Source: Dehalococcoidia bacterium
Lineage (GTDB): Bacteria; Chloroflexota; Dehalococcoidia; Bin125
NCBI GenBank assembly: GCA_963663895.2
Contig: CAXXRD010000001.1
Span: forward strand, 128,001-192,000
Direction of reading: 5' to 3'
Length of the DNA stretch: 64,000 nt
The stretch's first letter is position 1. The number at the start of each line of letters is the position of its first letter. The position numbers were made by a program, and so were the translations under genes. Under the pieces are notes generated by a model. It saw nothing but the letters and a program-made list of their open reading frames with translations, did not search any database and had not been told where the DNA came from. Positions 50,980 to 60,465 of this stretch are shown here, in pieces.

Positions 50980-52386
50980 ATGACACTCAACAGCCGCGAC
51001 TTAGCCTACGCCTCTATTGATGACGTTTCGAAGCTGATTGAACGCAAGGAGCTGTCGCCCGTCGAAGTGCTCGACAACACCCTGGCGCGCATCGACGAGC
51101 TGGAAGACACCATTAACGCCTACATCCATGTCTTCACAGACGAGGCGCGCGCACAAGCGCAAGCCGCCGAGGCGGAGATCAAGAGCGGTGCTTACCGGGG
51201 CCCGCTGCACGGCATCCCCGTCTGCATCAAGGATATCTACGAGTCTGGACCCACGACATGCGGATCGAAGTCGCTGCTGGGGTACGAAGCGCCGGAGGAT
51301 TGCCCCTCCGTCGCGAACCTCAAAGTCGCGGGGGCCATCGTCGTCGGGAAGACGGAGACCTACGAGTTCGCCTACGGCTTCCCCACGAATGCCTCGCACT
51401 TCAAACCGACCCATAACCCCTGGAACCTCGACCACGAGTGCGGGGGTTCCAGCAGCGGCACCGGTGGCGCCGTCGCCGCCGGCATGGCGTACGCCGGCAT
51501 GGGATCGTGTACGGGCGGTTCCATCCGCTGGCCAGCCTTCTGCACCGGCATCGTCGGTCTCAAGGGCACCTACGGGCGCGTGAGCCGTCGCGGCGTCTTC
51601 CCGCTCTCCTGGACCCTCGACCACACGGGACCGCTCGCGCGCACGGTGACCGACGCCGCGCACATGCTGCGCGGCTGCGCGGGCTACGATCCGCAGGATC
51701 CCGCTTCCGCGAACGTGCCCGTCCCCGACTTCACGTCGAAGATCGGTCGGGACATCAAGGGCATGAAGATTGGGTTGATCAAAGAGCTCTACGAAGACAA
51801 CTGCGATCCCAAGGTCAAGCAGCCGTACGACGAAGCGCTGAAAGTCTTCGAGAGCCTGGGGGCCGAGCTGATCGAGGTGCCGGGGCTCACGGTGCGGCAG
51901 ATGCAGGCGATCGAATGGCCGACCCTCTTCAGCGAGGCGGCCTCCATCCATATCCGCAACCAGCGTGGACCGCGTGTCGAGGAGTACAACCCCCACACTT
52001 GGCAGTTCCTGCAGTACGGTCTGCTCGTCAGCGCCGGCTACTATCACAACGCCCAGCGGGCTCGCGCCCAGGTTCGCGACAGTTTCCTCAAGTCCTTGAA
52101 CGAGAAGGTCGACGTTCTCATGACGCCGACCGTTGGCTTCCCCGTCCCGCCCATTCTGGATGAATCGCCCGGCCTCAGCATCGTGGCCGGGGACTTCACC
52201 GTGTACACGGCGATCTTTAACCAATCGGGCCTCCCCGCGATGCAAGTTCCCTGCGGCTTCGACGACGACAGCCTCCCGGTCGGACTGCAGATCGCCGGTA
52301 AACCGTTTGACGAAGAGACCGTCTGCCAGATCGGCTACGCCTACGAGCAGGAAGCAGGCTGGATCCACAAGCACCCCGATATGTAA
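50980..52386 (+). CDS. Amidase-signature family enzyme
   Basis: GPLHGIPVCIKD, GGSSSG, TGGSIRWPA, GLKGTYGRVS, LPVGLQ. Confidence 0.94.
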   Translation: MTLNSRDLAYASIDDVSKLIERKELSPVEVLDNTLARIDELEDTINAYIHVFTDEARAQAQAAEAEIKSGAYRGPLHGIPVCIKDIYESGPTTCGSKSLLGYEAPEDCPSVANLKVAGAIVVGKTETYEFAYGFPTNASHFKPTHNPWNLDHECGGSSSGTGGAVAAGMAYAGMGSCTGGSIRWPAFCTGIVGLKGTYGRVSRRGVFPLSWTLDHTGPLARTVTDAAHMLRGCAGYDPQDPASANVPVPDFTSKIGRDIKGMKIGLIKELYEDNCDPKVKQPYDEALKVFESLGAELIEVPGLTVRQMQAIEWPTLFSEAASIHIRNQRGPRVEEYNPHTWQFLQYGLLVSAGYYHNAQRARAQVRDSFLKSLNEKVDVLMTPTVGFPVPPILDESPGLSIVAGDFTVYTAIFNQSGLPAMQVPCGFDDDSLPVGLQIAGKPFDEETVCQIGYAYEQEAGWIHKHPDM

Positions 52387-52402
52387 CGCGCGCCCGTCCA
52401 TG

Positions 52403-52439
52403 AAAAAGGGCGCGGAGCGATCACTCCCGCTCCGCGCCC
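52403..52439 (-). terminator. Intrinsic terminator hairpin (U-tail on minus strand; may be bidirectional)
   Basis: 12-bp stem GGGCGCGGAGCG/CGCTCCGCGCCC preceded by AAAAA on plus strand. Confidence 0.7.
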
Positions 52440-52860
52440 CCGTGGCGTCTCGCAGAGAGCGATGCCGACAGGGCCTTCGGTCGCGCCCACTCCACCCGGC
52501 CGGCTGACCGCGTTACGCCCCACTCGACCGAGGGAGCTTCGCCATCCACGGAACCGAGTACGGCCCACGCACGCCAAAGCTCACACTCTCACCAACTGTT
52601 GGTCCCTCTGGCATAGGCAAGATTCCCTAGCACGAACAACCCAAGCCCAGCACAACTGCACACCGCGTTAGGCGTTCGCGTCGCTTGCAGGATCTTGACC
52701 GCGCTCGCCCTTCCCAAGTCTCGTCGCCCCACTCAAGGAAAGGCGGGGGATCGCTCAATCCCGCTCGCGTGCAACATCGCCTCAACATCCTGGAGAATCC
52801 CCTTCTCGATCGGTTGACCCAACCGGTCGAGAGGACCGACGAGAAAGGATGAGATGCGTC

Positions 52861-53718
52861 ATGCCCCAGGTCACTGTGCGTGGAACGACGATCGAATACA
52901 GCGAAGCCGGCAAAGGATTCCCACTGCTCCTATGCCATGAGTTTGGGGGGAGCCGGGAAAGCTGGGACGCGCAAGTCCGCTTCTTCGCCAGACGCTATCG
53001 CGTCATCACGTATAACGCCCGTGGCTTTCCTCCCTCCGGCGTTCCCGAGGATCTCGCTGCCTACTCGCAGAACCAAGCCGTCGACGACGCCTACCAGCTG
53101 CTCCAACAGCTCGGCATCGAGCAAGCCTACGTGGGCGGGCTCTCAATGGGCGGCTCTACCGCGCTTCATTTCGCTTTGCAGCACCCACAGGTCGCGCGGG
53201 CCGTCATCGTGGGCGCGGCGGGCACCGGCAGCAACGATCCGGATGGATTCCGCCGTCAATGCCTCGAATTCGCCGATACGATCGAGCGCGAAGGCATGTC
53301 GGCCATGGAAGGCTACGCGACCGGCCCCACCCGCCTACAGCTGCGGCGCAAGGACCCCGTCGGATATGACGAGTTCTGCCGCCTGCTCGCACAGCACTCC
53401 CCGCTCGGCTCGGCACTGACGCTCCGTGGCGTGCAGGCGGGCCGGTCATCGATCTTCGACCTCGGCGACGAGCTGGCGAAGCTCGAAACCCCCGCCCTCA
53501 TCCTCGTTGGGGATGAAGACGATCCCAGCCTCGATCCTGCGCTCTTCATGAAGCGTCACATCAAGCGTGCGGGGCTCGTCGTCTTTCCCCAGGCCGGGCA
53601 CGCAATCAATCTCGAAGACCCTGCATTTTTCAACCGGACGGTTTTGGACTTCCTCACAGCAGTTGAGGCCGGCACGTGGGCAGCGCGCGAAGGGGGCAGC
53701 GGCGTGACGTTCCGCTGA
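52861..53718 (+). CDS. Alpha/beta fold hydrolase
   Basis: HEFGG, GLSMG nucleophile elbow, GDED, AGH. Confidence 0.93.
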   Translation: MPQVTVRGTTIEYSEAGKGFPLLLCHEFGGSRESWDAQVRFFARRYRVITYNARGFPPSGVPEDLAAYSQNQAVDDAYQLLQQLGIEQAYVGGLSMGGSTALHFALQHPQVARAVIVGAAGTGSNDPDGFRRQCLEFADTIEREGMSAMEGYATGPTRLQLRRKDPVGYDEFCRLLAQHSPLGSALTLRGVQAGRSSIFDLGDELAKLETPALILVGDEDDPSLDPALFMKRHIKRAGLVVFPQAGHAINLEDPAFFNRTVLDFLTAVEAGTWAAREGGSGVTFR

Positions 53719-53746
53719 GAGACGAGAGCGGAGAGGAGAAGCGGCC

Positions 53747-54964
53747 TTAGCCGGCACACGCCTCGCGCAGAACTACCCGCTCGGCGTCGGTGTATCCCAA
53801 CTCCGCAAGGATCGCGTCCGTGTCCGCCCCCGGCTCCGGAGCCGCGGTCAGCACGACGCCCGGCGTCCGCGAGAGCGTCACGGGAATCCCCAGGATCTCG
53901 ATCGATCCCAGAACGGGATGCTCGACCGTCGCCACTGTGGGCAGACTCCGCACCTGCTCGTTCGCGAAGACCGCGTCGATCGGGAGGATCGGCCCGGCGG
54001 GAACACCCGCGGCGTTCAGGCGCTCGATCACCGAATCCGCTTCGACGGTCGCGAGACGCTCTTCCAACTCCACGGTGAGCTCGTCCCGGTTGCGCGAGCG
54101 GTCCTTCGGCCTCAAGAACCGTTCATCCTCGGTCAATTCGCGCGCGCCGATTACGGCGCAGAGCTTTTCCCACTGTGCCTGCGTCGTCGCTGCAATATTG
54201 ATCAGGCTGTCTTTCACCCGAAAGACGCCGGTCGGGAAGACCGTGGGGTGATTGTTCCCCGCCTGGGGTGGGACTTCGCCGTTCATCGTCCAGCGTGTCG
54301 CCTGAAAGTCCAGCATGTTGACCATCGCCTGAAGGAGAGACGTCCGCACCCACTGCCCTCGGCCGGAGCGCTCGCGCTCCAACAGCGCCACGAGAATGCC
54401 CTGGGCGAGGTAGAGCCCCGCCGTGAGGTCCGCCACGGGGATCCCCACCCGCATCGGCCCTTTCTCCGGCGCCCCCGTGATCGACATCAGTCCGCCCATG
54501 CCCTGAGCGATCTGATCGTAGCCGGGCCGGTCGCGATACGGCCCCTCTTCACCAAAGCCGGAGATGCTCGCGTACACCAGACCGGCATTCACCGCGCTCA
54601 ACGCTTCATAGTCGATCCCAAGCCGCCGCTTCACGTCCGGACGGAAATTCTCCACCAGCACATCCGCCCGCTCCACCAGCCGCTGCAGGATCTCAACGCC
54701 GCGCGGCTCCTTGAGATCCAGCGTGATCGATCGCTTGTTTCGATGCAGGTTCTGGTAGTCGCATCCATGCACGGGGATCGCTTGATCGACCGTCCGCGGT
54801 GCAACCTGGATCACCCGTGCGCCCATATCGGCAAGCTGGCGCACGCAGGTCGGGCCGGAGCGGAAGCGCGTCAGATCGATAACGGTGATGTGCGACAACG
54901 GCAGAGATCGACCATCCACCCGATCACTCGCACCTGGCATTGGACTTCTCCCGAAGCTTTGCAC
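53747..54964 (-). CDS. CaiB/BaiF family III CoA-transferase
   Basis: LADMGA, RNKRSITLDLK, ENFRP, GYDQIAQ, VADLTAG. Confidence 0.95.
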   Translation of the reverse strand: MQSFGRSPMPGASDRVDGRSLPLSHITVIDLTRFRSGPTCVRQLADMGARVIQVAPRTVDQAIPVHGCDYQNLHRNKRSITLDLKEPRGVEILQRLVERADVLVENFRPDVKRRLGIDYEALSAVNAGLVYASISGFGEEGPYRDRPGYDQIAQGMGGLMSITGAPEKGPMRVGIPVADLTAGLYLAQGILVALLERERSGRGQWVRTSLLQAMVNMLDFQATRWTMNGEVPPQAGNNHPTVFPTGVFRVKDSLINIAATTQAQWEKLCAVIGARELTEDERFLRPKDRSRNRDELTVELEERLATVEADSVIERLNAAGVPAGPILPIDAVFANEQVRSLPTVATVEHPVLGSIEILGIPVTLSRTPGVVLTAAPEPGADTDAILAELGYTDAERVVLREACAG

Positions 54965-55018
54965 GACGGCAGCTCCGCATGCCGCGATCGTAGCGCAGGG
55001 GGACGAAAATTCGCTCTG

Positions 55019-56107
55019 CTAGAGCCCTGTCCACCATTCGCCAGCGGGCTTGATCTCTTTGGCCGCTGGGATCACGTCGTTGCCCAACCGCTCCAACTGC
55101 TCCCGATACTCCTCGAACGTCCGCGACGGACAGACCGGCGCGATCACGACCAGGGAGTAGCCGGCATCGGCGAACCGCCCGAGATCCGCGATCACTTGCT
55201 CCGCCGTCCCACCAAGGATCGGCCGTGGATCCTGCTGCGTGATCGGGTGCCCGGCATCCGTCACCAGCGCCGACACGTGACAGATCATCGCGAAATCGGA
55301 CAGGTCTCGATCGACCCGCTCCGCCTCCCGACGGATCTCGTCCTGCAGGTTGTCGAATCCGTGCGGATCGTCATGCGGGCGCATCAGGATCGGGTCAATG
55401 CCGTTGGCCTGCCGCGCTGCGAGGCGCACCCCGGCCTTCGTCACCGCTCCCACGATAATGGGGGGATGCGGCTTCCGCACCGGCTTCGGGTCCATCGCGA
55501 TCCGGTCGAAATTGTAAAACTGGCCGTGAAACATCGCCAGGTCATCCGTCCAAGCGCTCTTGTAGACCTGAATCGCCTCCTCAAGCTGGGCCAGCCTGGA
55601 GTCGAAGGGCCGGTCCAGCGCGTCGAACTCTTCCTTCATCCAGCCGGCACCCACGCCCATGATCAGCCGGCCCTGGGAGAGCGTATCGATCGTCGCAAAC
55701 TGCCGTGCGTCGCTCAGCGGATGCCGGTAGGGCGCGATCAGCACGCTCGGGCCCATCTTGAGCGTCGTCGTATGGGTAGCCACGGCGCCCATCACGACGG
55801 CGCCGTCCAGAATGTTCGGGCGGGCGGGGTAATGCCGTTTGCTGCCGCCTACATCCGCGTCGGATGTGCCGCGCTGCCGGACCTCGGGATTGGTCTGCCC
55901 CTCGACGTGCAGCGGCGAGACCGAATCCGGAGACTGTTCGGGCAGACCCACGTGATCGCCCATAAAGACCGAGTGGAATCCCAACCGTTCCGCCAGTTGC
56001 GCCGACTGGATGGGCACCATCTCTTCGATCGCCATCGGCTGGTGCCACCAATCGCTGTCGTCACGGGTACCGACTCCATGCGTATTCAGCGTGACCGCGA
56101 GCTCCAT
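55019..56107 (-). CDS. LLM-class flavin/F420-dependent oxidoreductase (paralog 2)
   Basis: GDHV, PYRHPL, ATIDTLSQGRL, GAGW, PKPVRKPHPP; ATG 56107. Confidence 0.92.
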   Translation of the reverse strand: MELAVTLNTHGVGTRDDSDWWHQPMAIEEMVPIQSAQLAERLGFHSVFMGDHVGLPEQSPDSVSPLHVEGQTNPEVRQRGTSDADVGGSKRHYPARPNILDGAVVMGAVATHTTTLKMGPSVLIAPYRHPLSDARQFATIDTLSQGRLIMGVGAGWMKEEFDALDRPFDSRLAQLEEAIQVYKSAWTDDLAMFHGQFYNFDRIAMDPKPVRKPHPPIIVGAVTKAGVRLAARQANGIDPILMRPHDDPHGFDNLQDEIRREAERVDRDLSDFAMICHVSALVTDAGHPITQQDPRPILGGTAEQVIADLGRFADAGYSLVVIAPVCPSRTFEEYREQLERLGNDVIPAAKEIKPAGEWWTGL

Positions 56108-56139
56108 AGGACATCCCTCATGCCGCCGGGTGAGAAGCG

Positions 56140-57228
56140 CTAGAAGTCCGTGCGCCATTCCCCAGCGGGCTTGATCGTGCTCGCCTCGGGCAGTACCTCC
56201 GCACCGAAGCGTTCCATCTGCTCCTTCCACTCCCCGAACGTACGGGAGGGACAGTCCGGGCAGAGGATCAGCATCGAGTAGCCGGCGTCGGCGAAACGCT
56301 GCACGTCGCCGAGAATCTGTTCCGCGGTCCCGCCGAAATTACGACGGGGTGACCGCCGCGCCTCTTCGTCATCCGCGCTGGAGATCCGTTCGGACACGAT
56401 CCCCATCATGATCAACTCGGAGGGATCGCGCCCGATCTTCTCGCACTCACGCCGCATCTCGTCCTGCTGACGATCATAGTGATGCGGGTCGATCAGAGGC
56501 TGATTGAGGATGGGGTAGAGCCCGTCCGCGTAGCGCACCGCCAGCCGCGCGCCCGCGTTTGTCGTGGCGCCGATCACAATGGGCGGATGGGGCTTCTGCA
56601 CCGGCTTGGGATCGATCGCGACGTTCTCAAAGTCGTAAAACCGGCCGTGGAACGTCACGAGGGGATCCTCCCACGAGCGCGTGTAGATCTGCACGCACTC
56701 TTCGAGCATCGCCAGCCGCTCGTCGGGATCGTGCCCCAGCACTTCGAATTCCTCGCGCATCCAGCCCGCCCCGGCTCCCATGAGCAGCCGGCCATTGGAG
56801 AGAAAGTCAATCGTCGCGAACTGGCGTGCGTCGCTGAGCGGATGCCGGTAGGGAGAGATCAAGACGCCGGGCCCCATCTTGATCCGCGAGGTGTTCGCCG
56901 CGATCGCCCCCATCACCACCGCACCGTCCAAGAGGTTCGGCCTGGGGGGGTAGTGGCGCTTGCTTCCTCCCACATCGCCCGCGCCCTCACCGCGGTGCCG
57001 CACCGTCGGATCGGACAGCCCCTCGACGTGCACCGGCGAGGTCGAGGTCGGCGACGTCTCCGGAAAGCCCACATGATCGCCGAACATCAGCGCGTCAAAG
57101 CCGAGCCGCTCCGCGATCTGCGCGCACTCCACCGGCCGCATCTCCTCGGCCGGCATGGGCTGGTGCCACCAATCGTGGTCGTCTCGCGCGCCGACCCCAT
57201 GCGTATTCATCAGCACACCAAAGCGCAT
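56140..57228 (-). CDS. LLM-class flavin/F420-dependent oxidoreductase (paralog 1)
   Basis: Same motifs as the neighbouring paralog; PKPVQKPHPP; GGAGG SD. Confidence 0.92.
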   Translation of the reverse strand: MRFGVLMNTHGVGARDDHDWWHQPMPAEEMRPVECAQIAERLGFDALMFGDHVGFPETSPTSTSPVHVEGLSDPTVRHRGEGAGDVGGSKRHYPPRPNLLDGAVVMGAIAANTSRIKMGPGVLISPYRHPLSDARQFATIDFLSNGRLLMGAGAGWMREEFEVLGHDPDERLAMLEECVQIYTRSWEDPLVTFHGRFYDFENVAIDPKPVQKPHPPIVIGATTNAGARLAVRYADGLYPILNQPLIDPHHYDRQQDEMRRECEKIGRDPSELIMMGIVSERISSADDEEARRSPRRNFGGTAEQILGDVQRFADAGYSMLILCPDCPSRTFGEWKEQMERFGAEVLPEASTIKPAGEWRTDF

Positions 57229-57287
57229 TGATGCCTCCCTCAGTCAGGTGCGCCGCAGGGCGTCAAGGCCTGAGCGACGATGTCTGC

Positions 57288-57758
57288 TTACATCTCCATA
57301 TCGACGAATTGCTGCTTCACCCAACCTTTGTCGATCGGCGTGACGAAGTGGTTGTGGAACGTCTGGCGCCGGATCATCCATTTCCCGTTCTCTTTGCGGT
57401 ACTCGTCGTCATAGGTGATCGCGATCCAAACGGCCTCGTTGTTGATCGTCGCAGGCTCCCACAGGTACCAGTGAGCCTTCGCCTCCACGCCGTTGGGGGC
57501 AATGTCGATCGTCTCTCCACACATATAGTGCAGGAAGAAGCTGATACCGGTGTCCTGCACGCCGCCAAAGAACTCCGCGATAGCAGCCCGGCCCTCAAAG
57601 GGGCCAAAGTCCCCGTCGATAATTCCATCCTCTGTGAATTGCGCAGCGTACTCTTCGCCGCTGGCGAACCGATCGACGAGCCGCGAGTAGCCATGCTTAA
57701 GCCGCCGGATCTCCTCGAGATCCTCCAGGCGCTGCAGACGTTCTTCCACCGAAGCCAT
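57288..57758 (-). CDS. SnoaL-like/NTF2 family protein
   Basis: RLQRLEDLEEIRRL, FTEDG, GRAAI, YDDEYRKENGKWMI; C-terminal 156 aa of the long track ORF. Confidence 0.88.
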   Translation of the reverse strand: MASVEERLQRLEDLEEIRRLKHGYSRLVDRFASGEEYAAQFTEDGIIDGDFGPFEGRAAIAEFFGGVQDTGISFFLHYMCGETIDIAPNGVEAKAHWYLWEPATINNEAVWIAITYDDEYRKENGKWMIRRQTFHNHFVTPIDKGWVKQQFVDMEM

Positions 57759-57953
57759 GAGCGTATCCTTTCGTCCTCCATGCCACACCCGAGTATCGGG
57801 CAGGGAGGCTACCAGCGGTTTCCCCACCCCACAAGACGAGCAACCGTGAACGCCCCGCATCGCCGCGACACGCGGCCCTGCGACGAAACGTTGGCGGGTA
57901 ACCACGGGTCGGCTAGCCTCGGGCCCGGTCCGACGGGAAAGGAGACGGCAGCA

Positions 57954-58373
57954 ATGGCGATCAAAAAAGCCTGGAGCCTCGTGGACGAGGCGAAAGAGCG
58001 GACTGAGAATCTGACCATTGAGCAGTTGAAGGCCGAGGTCGCCAGCGCCGCCGACGTGCTGCTGGTCGACATCCGTGAGATTCAAGAGCGCGTGGATCTG
58101 GGCACCATCTCCGAATCCAAACACGTGCCGCGCGGGATGCTGGAATTCTGGGCCGACCCCCAGAGCCAGTACTATCGCCAGTACTTCCAGCCGGACCGCC
58201 GCACCGTACTCTTCTGCGCGCAGGGCGGTCGCTCCGCGCTGGCAGCGGATACGTTGACGAAGATGGGTTTCAGCAACGTCGCTCACTTGGAGCCGGGCTT
58301 CAACGGATGGAAGGAAGCAGGTGAAGCGATCGAGGATGTCGCCGCAACCAGCCGGTGGGTGCGGCGCAAGTAA
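57954..58373 (+). CDS. Single-domain rhodanese
   Basis: VDIRE, VPRGMLEFWAD, FCAQGGRS, GFNGW; AAGGAG SD. Confidence 0.92.
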   Translation: MAIKKAWSLVDEAKERTENLTIEQLKAEVASAADVLLVDIREIQERVDLGTISESKHVPRGMLEFWADPQSQYYRQYFQPDRRTVLFCAQGGRSALAADTLTKMGFSNVAHLEPGFNGWKEAGEAIEDVAATSRWVRRK

Positions 58374-58406
58374 CACCCCCTCCCCAGAGTCCGACCGGAG
58401 GACGCG

Positions 58407-59372
58407 ATGACGGCCACCACCGATCCCGACCTGCAGCGACGCCTGTACCGCTCGATGCGCTCCATCCGCAGCTTTGAGGAGAAGGTCGCCGAGCTGTTCT
58501 ATGCCGGCCGCTTGCCCGGCTTCGTCCATCTCTACGTCGGGCAGGAGGCCGTCGCCACCGGCGTCTGCGCCAACCTCCGCGATGACGACGTGATCACCAG
58601 CACGCACCGCGGCCACGGTCACCTGATCGCAAAAGGCGCGCGCCTCGACCGCATGATGGCCGAGCTGTACGGCGGCATCGACGGCTACTGCCACGGCAAG
58701 GGCGGCTCGATGCACATCGCCGACTTCTCCGTCGGGATCTACGGCGCCAACGGCATCGTCGGTGGGAGCTTGCCCATCGCCGTCGGCGCCGGATTGGCAG
58801 CGCGCGTTCAGAGAAGCGACCGCGTCGCCGTCGCCTTCTTCGGCGATGGCGCCAGCAACGAGGGGACGTTCGGGGAAAGCCTCAACCTCGCCTCCATCTG
58901 GAAGCTCCCCGTGATCTTTGTCTGCGAAAACAACGGCTTCACGCAGTTCACTCCCACCGAGCAGCTTACCGCCGGCATCATCGCCGAGCGCGCCAAGGGG
59001 TACGACATCCCCGGGGTCGTCGTCGAGGCGGACGACGTCGTCACCGTCCACGAGGCAGCGCGTGAGGCCGTGGCGCGTGCCCGCTCCGGCGCCGGCCCCA
59101 CGCTCATTGAGGCGCGTCAATGGCGCTTCCGCGCCCACAACGAGGGAGAAGAGGCCTTCATTGGCGGCGAGTGGAAGTATCGCACCAAGGAAGCCCTTGA
59201 AGCCGCGATGCAGCGCGATCCCATCGAGAAACTCCGCCTCCAGATCGACGACCCGGATGGCGTGGCTCGGATCGACCGCGCCGTCGCCGAGGCGATCGAG
59301 GCCGCGGTCGCCTTCGGCGAGAAGAGCCCGTTGCCGCCCCCAGAGGCGGCGCTCGACGATCTGTACGCCTAG
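58407..59372 (+). CDS. TPP-dependent dehydrogenase E1 alpha (AcoA/PdhA-like)
   Basis: HLYVGQEA, STHRGHGH, GKGGSMH, GDGA...ENN. Confidence 0.95.
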   Translation: MTATTDPDLQRRLYRSMRSIRSFEEKVAELFYAGRLPGFVHLYVGQEAVATGVCANLRDDDVITSTHRGHGHLIAKGARLDRMMAELYGGIDGYCHGKGGSMHIADFSVGIYGANGIVGGSLPIAVGAGLAARVQRSDRVAVAFFGDGASNEGTFGESLNLASIWKLPVIFVCENNGFTQFTPTEQLTAGIIAERAKGYDIPGVVVEADDVVTVHEAAREAVARARSGAGPTLIEARQWRFRAHNEGEEAFIGGEWKYRTKEALEAAMQRDPIEKLRLQIDDPDGVARIDRAVAEAIEAAVAFGEKSPLPPPEAALDDLYA

Positions 59373-59413
59373 AGCCCGGATCCGAACGGCACACGCCGGC
59401 CGAGGAGCGAACC

Positions 59414-60388
59414 ATGGCTGTCATCACGATCACCGAGGCGATGCGAGACGCGATCGGCGAGGAACTCGAGCGGGACCCCAACGTCATCGTCTACGGCGAA
59501 GACGTGGAACTCAGCGTCTACGGCGCCCAGAACGGCCTCGTGGAGCGCTTCGGACGCGAGCGCATCTGGAACGCCCCCCTCTCCGAGGCCACGTTCGTAG
59601 GCGCGGGGCTCGGCGCAGCGATGTCCGGCGTACGTCCGGTCATCGACCTCATGATCGGCACGTTTACCTACGTCGCAATGGACCAGCTCTACAACCAAGC
59701 CGCCAAGCTGCGCTACATGTCCGGCGGACAGGCCAAAATGCCCGTCGTCGTCATGTGCGTCTGCGGCGCCCGCGGCTCCGCAGCGGCACAGCACTCCGAC
59801 AGCCCGTATCCGCTGTTCATGAGCGCCTCCGGCATCAAGGTCGTCCTGCCATCGACCCCTGCCGACGCCAAAGGCTTGCTCAAGGCGTCCATCCGCGACG
59901 ACAATCCCGTGCTCTTCTTCGAGCCCCTCTCGCTCCTTGGCGAGAAGGGCGAGGTGCCCGATGAGGAGTTCATCGTGCCCCTCGGCCGGGCCGACATCAA
60001 ACGTCACGGCGACACGGTCACGATCGTCGGCGTTGGCGCGACCGTGAAGATGGCGCTGGAGGCCGCCACCACGCTCGCCGCCGAGGGAATCGAGGCAGAA
60101 GTCGTCGACGTACGGACCCTCCGCCCCCTCGACGAGAACGCGATCCTTGAATCCGTGCGTAAGACGGGCCGTCTCGTGATTGCCGACGAGGCTCGCCAGC
60201 CCGGCCTCGCCGCCGAGGTCTCGGCGATCGCCGCCGAGCGTGCCTTCGACACGCTCAGGGCACCCATCGCCCGCGTCTTTACGCCCAACGTCCCCGTACC
60301 GTTCAGCCCGCCGCTTGAGGGCGCGGTGCTGCCGAGTGCGGAGAAGGTCGCCGCCGCCGCGCGGCGTGTGGTGAACGGTGCCGCCTGA
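59414..60388 (+). CDS. Dehydrogenase E1 beta
   Basis: GEDV, PLSE, NQAAK, AAQHS, DVRTLRPLD. Confidence 0.95.
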   Translation: MAVITITEAMRDAIGEELERDPNVIVYGEDVELSVYGAQNGLVERFGRERIWNAPLSEATFVGAGLGAAMSGVRPVIDLMIGTFTYVAMDQLYNQAAKLRYMSGGQAKMPVVVMCVCGARGSAAAQHSDSPYPLFMSASGIKVVLPSTPADAKGLLKASIRDDNPVLFFEPLSLLGEKGEVPDEEFIVPLGRADIKRHGDTVTIVGVGATVKMALEAATTLAAEGIEAEVVDVRTLRPLDENAILESVRKTGRLVIADEARQPGLAAEVSAIAAERAFDTLRAPIARVFTPNVPVPFSPPLEGAVLPSAEKVAAAARRVVNGAA

Positions 60389-60465
60389 TCCCGTGATCCA
60401 CCGTCAGCGACCACACAATCCGATGAACCGCCCAGCGCCGATCCATTCTCAGTGACCGCCCTCCG

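Noticed and set aside
50765-52386. gatC-gatA call
   Set aside because: No gatB follows, and GatA-typical motifs (DEFAMGSS, SDTGGSIRQPA) are absent
52441-52600. Named riboswitch (glycine, SAM, T-box, cobalamin)
   Set aside because: Only fragmentary motif resemblance and no downstream gene on the terminator strand; left as an unnamed candidate
57288-59138. 616-aa minus-strand ORF as a large fusion
   Set aside because: Only the last 156 aa (SnoaL-like, with its own SD) look real; the rest is antisense to rhodanese and E1a
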